NCBI GenBank assembly: GCA_051362555.1
Contig: CM120641.1
Span: 23,938,401-24,002,400 of the forward strand
Direction of reading: 5' to 3'
Source: Lingula anatina
Lineage: Eukaryota; Animalia; Brachiopoda
Length of the DNA: 64,000 nucleotides
The first letter of the stretch is position 1. Each line of letters begins with the position of its first letter. Shown here one piece after another: positions 1-8,889 of the stretch. Position numbers and translations under genes: made by a program. The notes beneath the pieces were generated by a model that was not told the DNA's origin, made no database searches, and saw only the letters and a program-made list of their open reading frames with translations.

Positions 1-3000
1 TCATCCCTACCTGGCCAAAATTGAAGAAAACTGCCAAACCCGGACCTTACGAAAATCACTCAAAATCACCCAAAAATGACCCGTCACAAATTTTTCCAAA
101 AAGTTATGAAAATCAATTAACCACACCTATCATTCATAAAAAATGTGGAAACGCGCCCGGATCACTACATTAAAGCCCCCAATTTCAGCTTTAAAGATTG
201 CCAGAAAGCACACCTGAGAACAGGATTTGGAGAGTGGGGGGGTGGAGAGAGTTTTTGCTCTATTTCTTCCTTACTAATGATACAACCACTCTTTCAGTAC
301 TTTACCCTCACTACAAATGACCAAACACACCTACCTGACACAATATTGAAGAAAAAAATTTTTCATCCCTACCTGGCCAAAATTGAAGAAAACTGCCAAA
401 CCCGGACCTTACGAAAATCACTCAAAATCACCCAAAAATGACCCGTCACAAATTTTTCCAAAAAGTTATGAAAATCAATTAACCACACCTATCATTCATA
501 AAAAATGTGGAAACGCGCCCGGATCACTACATTAAAGCCCCCAATTTCAGCTTTAAAGATTGCAAGAAAGCACAACTGAGAACAGGATTTGGAGAGGGGG
601 GGGTGGAGAGTGTTTTTGCTCTATTTCTTCCTTAATAATGATACAACCACTCTTTCAGTACTTTACCCTCACTACAAATGACCAAACACACCTACCTGAC
701 ACAATATTGAAGAAAAAAAATTTTCATCCCTACCTGGCCAAAATTGAAGAAAACTGCCATATCCGGACCTTACGAAAATCACTCAAAATCACCCAAAAAT
801 GACCCGTCACAAATTTTTCCAAAAAGTGATGAAAATCAATTTACCACACCTATCATTCATAAAAAATGTGGAAACGCGCCCGGATCACTTTATTAAAGCC
901 CCCAATTTCAGCTTTAAAGATTGCCAGAAAGCACACCTGAGAACAGGATTTGGAGAGTGGGGGGGTGGAGAGAGTTTTTGCTCTATTTCTTCCTTACTAA
1001 TGATACAACCACTCTTTCAGTACTTTACCCTCACTACAAATGACCAAACACACCTACCTGACACAATATTGAAGAAAAACATTTTTCATCCCTACCTGGC
1101 CAAAATTGAAGAAAACTGCCATATCCGGACCTTACGAAAATCACTCAAAATCAACCAAAAATGACCCGTCACCAATTTTTCCAAAAAGTGATGAAAATCA
1201 ATTTACCACACCTATCATTCATAAAAAATGTGGAAACTTGCCCAGATAACTTCATTAAAGCCCCTAATTTCAGCTTTAAAGATTGCCAGAAAGCACACCT
1301 GAGAACAGGATTTGGAGAGGGGGGGGGGTGGAGAAAGATTTTGCTCTATTTCTTCCTTAATAATGATACAACCACTCTTTCAGTACTTTACCCTCACTAC
1401 AAATGACCAAACACACCTACCTGACACAATATTGAAGAAAAAAATTTTTCATCCCTACCTGGCCAAAATTGAAGAAAACTGCCATATCCGGACCTTACGA
1501 AAATCACTCAAATTCACCCAAAAATGACCCGTCACCAATTTTTCCAAAAAGTGATGAAAATCAATTTACCACACCTATCATTCATAAAAAATGTGGAAAC
1601 GCGCCCGGATCACTACATTAAAGCCCCCAATTTCAGCTTTAAAGATTGCAAGAAAGCACACCTGAGAACAGGATTTGGAGAGGGGGGGTGGAGAGAGTTT
1701 TTGCTCTATTTCTTCCTTAATAATGATACAACCACTCTTTCAGTACTTTACCCTCACTACAAATGACCAAACACACCTACCTGACACAATATTGAAGAAA
1801 AATATTTTTCATCCCTACCTGGCCAAAATTGAAGAAAACTGCCATATCCGGACCTTACGAAAATCACTCAAAATCACCCAAAAATGACCCGTGACAAATT
1901 TTTCCAAAAAGTTATGAAAATCAATTTACCACACCTATCATTCATAAAAAATGTGGAAACGCGCCCGGATCCCTTCATTAAAGCCCCCAATTTCAGCTTT
2001 AAAGATTGCCAGAAAGCACACCTGAGAACAGGATTTGGAGAGGGGGGGTGGAGAGAGTTTTTGCTCTATTTCTTCCTTAATAATGATACAACCACTCTTT
2101 CAGTACTTTACCCTCACTACAAATGACCAAACACACCTACCTGATACAATGTTGAAGAAAAAAAATTTTCATCCCTACCTGGCCAAAATTGAAGAAAACT
2201 GCCATATCCGGACCTTACGAAAATCACTCAAAATCAACCAAAAATGACCCGTCACCAATTTTTCCAAAAAGTGATGAAAATCAATTTACCACACCTATCA
2301 TTCATAAAAAATGTGGAAACGTGCCCAGATCACTACATTAAAGCCCCCAATTTCAGCTTTAAAGATTGCCAGAAAGCACACCTGAGAACAGGATTTGGAG
2401 AGGGGGGGGGGTGGAGAAAGATTTTGCTCTATTTCTTCCTTAATAATGATACAACCACTCTTTCAGTACCTTACCCTCACTACAAATGACCAAACACACC
2501 TACCTGACACAATATTGAAGAAAAAAAATTTTCATCCCTACCTGGCCAAAATTGAAGAAAACTGCCATATCCGGACCTTACGAAAATCACTCAAAATCAC
2601 CCAAAAATGACCCGTCACAAATTTTTCCAAAAAGTGATGAAAATCAATTTACCACACCTATCATTCATAAAAAATGTGGAAACGCGCCCGGATCACTTCA
2701 TTAAAGCCCCCAATTTCAGCTTTAAAGATTGCCAGAAAGCACACCTGAGAACAGGATTTGGAGAGTGGGGGGGTGGAGAGAGTTTTTGCTCTATTTCTTC
2801 CTTACTAATGATACAACCACTCTTTCAGTACTTTACCCTCACTACAAATGACCAAACACACCTACCTGACACAATATTGAAGAAAAACATTTTTCATCCC
2901 TACCTGGCCAAAATTGAAGAAAACTGCCATATCCGGACCTTACGAAAATCACTCAAAATCAACCAAAAATGACCCGTCACCAATTTTTCCAAAAAGTGAT

Positions 3001-5780
3001 GAAAATCAATTTACCACACCTATCATTCATAAAAAATGTGGAAACTTGCCCAGATAACTTCATTAAAGCCCCCAATTTCAGCTTTAAAGATTGCCAGAAA
3101 GCACACCTGAGAACAGGATTTGGAGAGGGGGGGGTGGAGAAAGATTTTGCTCTATTTCTTCCTTAATAATGATACAACCACTCTTTCAGTACCTTACCCT
3201 CATTACAAATGACCAAACACACCTACCTGACACAATATTTAAGAAAAAAATTTTTCATCCCTACCTGGCCAAAATTGAAGAAAACTGCCAAACCCGGACC
3301 TTACGAAAATCACTCAAAATCACCCAAAAATGACCCGTCACAAATTTTTCCAAAAAGTTATGAAAATCAATTAACCACACCTATCATTCATAAAAAATGT
3401 GGAAACGCGCCCGGATCACTACATTAAAGCCCCCAATTTCAGCTTTAAAGATTGCCAGAAAGCACACCTGAGAACAGGATTTGGAGAGTGGGGGGGTGGA
3501 GAGAGTTTTTGCTCTATTTCTTCCTTACTAATGATACAACCACTCTTTCAGTACTTTACCCTCACTACAAATGACCAAACACACCTACCTGACACAATAT
3601 TGAAGAAAAAAATTTTTCATCCCTACCTGGCCAAAATTGAAGAAAACTGCCAAACCCGGACCTTACGAAAATCACTCAAAATCACCCAAAAATGACCCGT
3701 CACAAATTTTTCCAAAAAGTTATGAAAATCAATTAACCACACCTATCATTCATAAAAAATGTGGAAACGCGCCCGGATCACTACATTAAAGCCCCCAATT
3801 TCAGCTTTAAAGATTGCAAGAAAGCACAACTGAGAACAGGATTTGGAGAGGGGGGGGTGGAGAGTGTTTTTGCTCTATTTCTTCCTTAATAATGATACAA
3901 CCACTCTTTCAGTACTTTACCCTCACTACAAATGACCAAACACACCTACCTGACACAATATTGAAGAAAAAAAATTTTCATCCCTACCTGGCCAAAATTG
4001 AAGAAAACTGCCATATCCGGACCTTACGAAAATCACTCAAAATCACCCAAAAATGACCCGTCACAAATTTTTCCAAAAAGTGATGAAAATCAATTTACCA
4101 CACCTATCATTCATAAAAAATGTGGAAACGCGCCCGGATCACTTTATTAAAGCCCCCAATTTCAGCTTTAAAGATTGCCAGAAAGCACACCTGAGAACAG
4201 GATTTGGAGAGTGGGGGGGTGGAGAGAGTTTTTGCTCTATTTCTTCCTTACTAATGATACAACCACTCTTTCAGTACTTTACCCTCACTACAAATGACCA
4301 AACACACCTACCTGACACAATATTGAAGAAAAACATTTTTCATCCCTACCTGGCCAAAATTGAAGAAAACTGCCATATCCGGACCTTACGAAAATCACTC
4401 AAAATCAACCAAAAATGACCCGTCACCAATTTTTCCAAAAAGTGATGAAAATCAATTTACCACACCTATCATTCATAAAAAATGTGGAAACTTGCCCAGA
4501 TAACTTCATTAAAGCCCCTAATTTCAGCTTTAAAGATTGCCAGAAAGCACACCTGAGAACAGGATTTGGAGAGGGGGGGGGGTGGAGAAAGATTTTGCTC
4601 TATTTCTTCCTTAATAATGATACAACCACTCTTTCAGTACTTTACCCTCACTACAAATGACCAAACACACCTACCTGACACAATATTGAAGAAAAAAATT
4701 TTTCATCCCTACCTGGCCAAAATTGAAGAAAACTGCCATATCCGGACCTTACGAAAATCACTCAAATTCACCCAAAAATGACCCGTCACCAATTTTTCCA
4801 AAAAGTGATGAAAATCAATTTACCACACCTATCATTCATAAAAAATGTGGAAACGCGCCCGGATCACTACATTAAAGCCCCCAATTTCAGCTTTAAAGAT
4901 TGCAAGAAAGCACACCTGAGAACAGGATTTGGAGAGGGGGGGTGGAGAGAGTTTTTGCTCTATTTCTTCCTTAATAATGATACAACCACTCTTTCAGTAC
5001 TTTACCCTCACTACAAATGACCAAACACACCTACCTGACACAATATTGAAGAAAAATATTTTTCATCCCTACCTGGCCAAAATTGAAGAAAACTGCCATA
5101 TCCGGACCTTACGAAAATCACTCAAAATCACCCAAAAATGACCCGTGACAAATTTTTCCAAAAAGTTATGAAAATCAATTTACCACACCTATCATTCATA
5201 AAAAATGTGGAAACGCGCCCGGATCCCTTCATTAAAGCCCCCAATTTCAGCTTTAAAGATTGCCAGAAAGCACACCTGAGAACAGGATTTGGAGAGGGGG
5301 GGTGGAGAGAGTTTTTGCTCTATTTCTTCCTTAATAATGATACAACCACTCTTTCAGTACTTTACCCTCACTACAAATGACCAAACACACCTACCTGATA
5401 CAATGTTGAAGAAAAAAAATTTTCATCCCTACCTGGCCAAAATTGAAGAAAACTGCCATATCCGGACCTTACGAAAATCACTCAAAATCAACCAAAAATG
5501 ACCCGTCACCAATTTTTCCAAAAAGTGATGAAAATCAATTTACCACACCTATCATTCATAAAAAATGTGGAAACGTGCCCAGATCACTACATTAAAGCCC
5601 CCAATTTCAGCTTTAAAGATTGCCAGAAAGCACACCTGAGAACAGGATTTGGAGAGGGGGGGGGGTGGAGAAAGATTTTGCTCTATTTCTTCCTTAATAA
5701 TGATACAACCACTCTTTCAGTACCTTACCCTCACTACAAATGACCAAACACACCTACCTGACACAATATTGAAGAAAAAA
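1..5780 (+). repeat. 9-monomer higher-order repeat, period 3254 bp, ~1.8 copies
   Basis: Private variants (CACAACTGAG, GAGTGTTTTT, CACTTTATT, GCCCCTAAT, CTGATACAATG) and poly-G lengths recur at +3254. ORF pairs: 145/3399, 560/3814, 799/4053, 1884/5138, 2244/5498. Confidence 0.93.
38..54 (-). other. CENP-B-box-like 17-mer (first example; a version is present once per monomer)
   Basis: The minus strand reads TTTCGTAAGGTCCGGGT against the core NTTCGNNNNANNCGGGN. This is 8/9 core bases with exact spacing; the commoner variant TTTCGTAAGGTCCGGAT matches 7/9. Function is untested. Confidence 0.4.
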
Positions 5781-5868
5781 ATTTTTCATCCCTACCTGGC
5801 CAAAATTGAAGAAAACTGCCAAACCCGGTGTACCATGAAAATCTGACTCCCCTAAAATGTGACTCCCC

Positions 5869-5930
5869 AGTCAGATTTTCATTATGAAAATCTGACTCCC
5901 CAGTCAGATTTTCATAATGAAAATGTGACT
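5869..5930. repeat. Near-perfect palindrome in the left terminus of the transposon, mirrored at ~8870-8952
   Basis: ATTATGAAAATCTGACT-CCCC-AGTCAGATTTTCATAAT (5881-5918) has perfect 17 bp arms, extendable to ~29 bp with one mismatch. Confidence 0.9.
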
Positions 5931-6833
5931 CCCCCTATGAAATTTTGACTCCCCCCAAAAAAACATTCATTAATCTCATTTTATTTGAGTAAATGGCTAT
6001 GATTTTGTAGTATGCATAATGGATGATACATTGGCATTTTTTTGTAGTTTGCAGGTGAAAATTTTCATAAAAAAAGAAAAATTAAAAATGTGCACATAAT
6101 GAAAATGTGGTTCCCCTATGAAAATTTGACTCCCCTACAAAAAAACATGCATTAAAATCTAATTAATTTAGTATATGACTGTGATCTTGTAGTATGTAAA
6201 ATGGTTGATACATTGGCACATTTTTGTAGTTTGCAGTGAGAATTTTAATGAACAAATAAGAAAATTAAAAATGAGCACATAATGAAAATCTGACTCCCCC
6301 ATGAAAATTTGACTCCCCCTCCACAAAACTTCATAAATCTTATTTTATTTTGAGTATATGACTGTGATCCTGTAGCATGTAAAATGGTTGATACATTGGC
6401 ACATTTTTTGTAGTTTGCAGTGAAAATTTTAATAAAAAAATGAGAAAATTAAAAATATGCATATAATGAAAATCTTACTCCCCCATTAAAATTTGACTCC
6501 CCCTCCACAAAACTTCATAAATCTTATTTTATTTTGAGTATATGACTGTGATCCTGTAGCATGTAAAATGGTTGATACATTGGCACATTTTTTTCGTAGT
6601 TTGTAGTGAAAATTTTAATGAAAAAATGAGAAAATTAAAAATGTGCACATAATGAAAATCTGACTCCCCCATGAAAATATGACACCCCCTCCACAAAACT
6701 TCATAAATCTTATTTTATTTTGAGTATATGACTGTGATCCTGTAGCATGTAAAATGGATGATACATTGGCACATTTTTTGTAGTTTGCAGTGAAAATTTT
6801 AATGAAAAAATAAGAAAATTGAAAATGTGCACA
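5914..6833 (+). repeat. Left-arm subterminal tandem repeat of the transposon, 5 x ~184 bp
   Basis: Units begin ATAATGAAAAT(C/G)T at 5914, 6096, 6279, 6463 and 6649. Each contains GATACATTGGCA and GTAGTTTG(C/T)AG. Confidence 0.93.
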
Positions 6834-8334
6834 TGGTTAAAAAATTGAGAGAAAAAAGTAATGAAACACATGAAAGTAAGAAAAATGAAGGATTTGTTTT
6901 CTAACACCCAATAGCTCCCCTATAAAAAGCTATTTATTTGATGTTTGATGATCATTCTGACAACTTTCCTTTTTGATGCTTTATGAAAAAATCAATTGGA
7001 AATATTAAAAAGTTTTATGGTAAAATACTGCGTGAAAATAAATGAAAAATGGATAATAAATTTGCATTCTTGTACCCGTAGGATTTTGACTCCCCTAGTT
7101 AAAAGCACTTAATTATTTCATATTTAGCACACATTTAAATGTTTCTACTTTTTTAGTTTTCTTATGGAGAACATATGTGGAATATTTAAATTTTGTGGGT
7201 AAAAATTTTTGCAATAAGTGTTTGAAATTTAAAAATAGTGAGAAATTCAGTATCATATTTATTTTACACCCATGAAAAGGACAATTATTTTTTATTCAGT
7301 CATTATATCACTATTTTCCACATACTTTTCATTGTATATATATTGATAACTCTGCACACTAAGCTATATGAAAATAAAAAATTGTTTTGTGTCATATCAG
7401 AAAAGAATATTTTTTCAATGAAGTGCATACAATATCAACAAAATGTAGATGAATGTAAAAAGGATCCACTGAGACAAGAAAATTCTGCTTCTCTTCAATA
7501 TTTCCCTTGTGGCAGTGAAAACTTAATGATTACTCTGCACACTAGGCTAAATCAAAATACTTTTGCTCCTTAATTAAAAAAATCATATTGGAATTTAAGA
7601 ACACAATAGTAAGGAAATATCACCAACATGTGAATAATGCTGCTAAAAAATTCTCAATTTTGACAAAAGTTATCACCACCAAACTTTCAAATGTGATAGG
7701 ACTGTGACATGCTTGGTGGTAGCTTATTCATATGTCGTAGCTTAAAGGAAAAATATTAAATATGAAACATTTGATTTGTAAGATTGGTCGTCAAAGTCCT
7801 ATGGGCACAAGAATGCATACTTATTATCTTTTTGCTTAATTAACCCCCATCTTTCATCCAGCTTTGGGGAAAATAATGGGAAAACAAAAGCAAGTGTTTT
7901 GTTGGGTATGCTATATAAGAAGAATTAAATAAAAAGGCGATGGGGCCAATTTCTTGTGTTAAAAATGTAGTGTTTTGACATGGGAGTGCAAAACCTACAA
8001 GAATAAAGACGGATACTTGTTTTAAAAATATTGACCAAAATTTTCATCATCAAACTTTCAAATAATGACAAAATATCCATCTCTATGCAAAAAATGTGGA
8101 AAACAGTGGTATGGGGACTGAATATAAAATAGGTCTTTTTCTCCATGGGAGTCCAATTCTCATGGGTGTAAAAATAAAGATTTTCATGATTTCTTTTTCA
8201 TGCTTTCACTATTTTATCATCAAACCTTTAAATATTTCCAATATATTTTTCATAAAGTATCCTAAAAGAAAAGGTGATGAAATGATCATCAAATATTAAA
8301 TAACTTTTTCATAGGGGAGACAATAGGTGATTAA

Positions 8335-8889
8335 GTGGACATTTTTAATTTTCTTACTTTTTCACATAATTTTTCACCTGCAAACTACAAAAAAATGTGC
8401 CAATCTATCCTCCTTTTTACATACTACAAGATCACAGTCATATACTCAAAATAAAATAAGATTTATGAAGTTTTGTGGAGGGGGAGTCAAATTTTCACGG
8501 GGGAGTCAGATTTTCATTTTGTTCACATTTTTAATTTTCTTAATTTTTCATTAAAATTTTCACCTTCAAACTACAAAAAATGTGCCAATGTATCCTCCGT
8601 TTTACATACTACAAGATCACAGACATATACCCAAAATAAATTAAGATTTATAAAGTTTTATGATGGGGGAGTCAAATTTTCATGGGGGAGTCAGATTTTC
8701 ATTATTTGCTCAATTTTAATTTTCTTATTTTTTCATTAAAATTTTCACTGCAAACTACTAAAAATGTGCCAACGTATCATCCATTTTACATACTACAAGA
8801 TCACAGATATATACTCAAATAAAATAAGATGTATGAAGTTTTGTGGAGGGGGAGTCAAATTTTCATGGGGGGAGTCAGATTTTCATTAT
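8335..8889 (-). repeat. Right-arm subterminal tandem repeat of the transposon, 3 x ~184 bp, inverted relative to the left arm
   Basis: Reverse-complement units end in GGGAGTCAGATTTTCATT at about 8520, 8705 and 8889, and contain CAAACTAC...AAATGTGCCAA. Confidence 0.92.

Larger units (their letters stand above)
1..5828 (+). repeat. Satellite array segment 1, ~361 bp monomer, ~16 copies
   Basis: The same monomer (...CCGGACCTTACGAAAATCACTCAAAATCACCCAAAAATGACCCGTC...) recurs every 360-363 bp; ORF starts fall at 799, 1161, 1524, 1884, 2244, 2607, 2969. The array runs off the left edge of the window. Confidence 0.99.

Noticed and set aside
107-115. ATGAAAATC shared by the satellite and the transposon end module, suggesting common origin
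   Set aside because: It is only 9 AT-rich bases with no flanking similarity, which is compatible with chance.
799-1164. 121 aa ORF spanning a whole monomer, with an ATGA stop/start overlap and a poly-G frame switch resembling phase variation
   Set aside because: The frame is intact in only a minority of monomers. Frameshifts, stop variants (AATTAACC) and start losses are amplified freely, and there is no recognisable domain. It is best explained as an accident of the repeat; Ribo-seq or proteomics would be needed to revive it.
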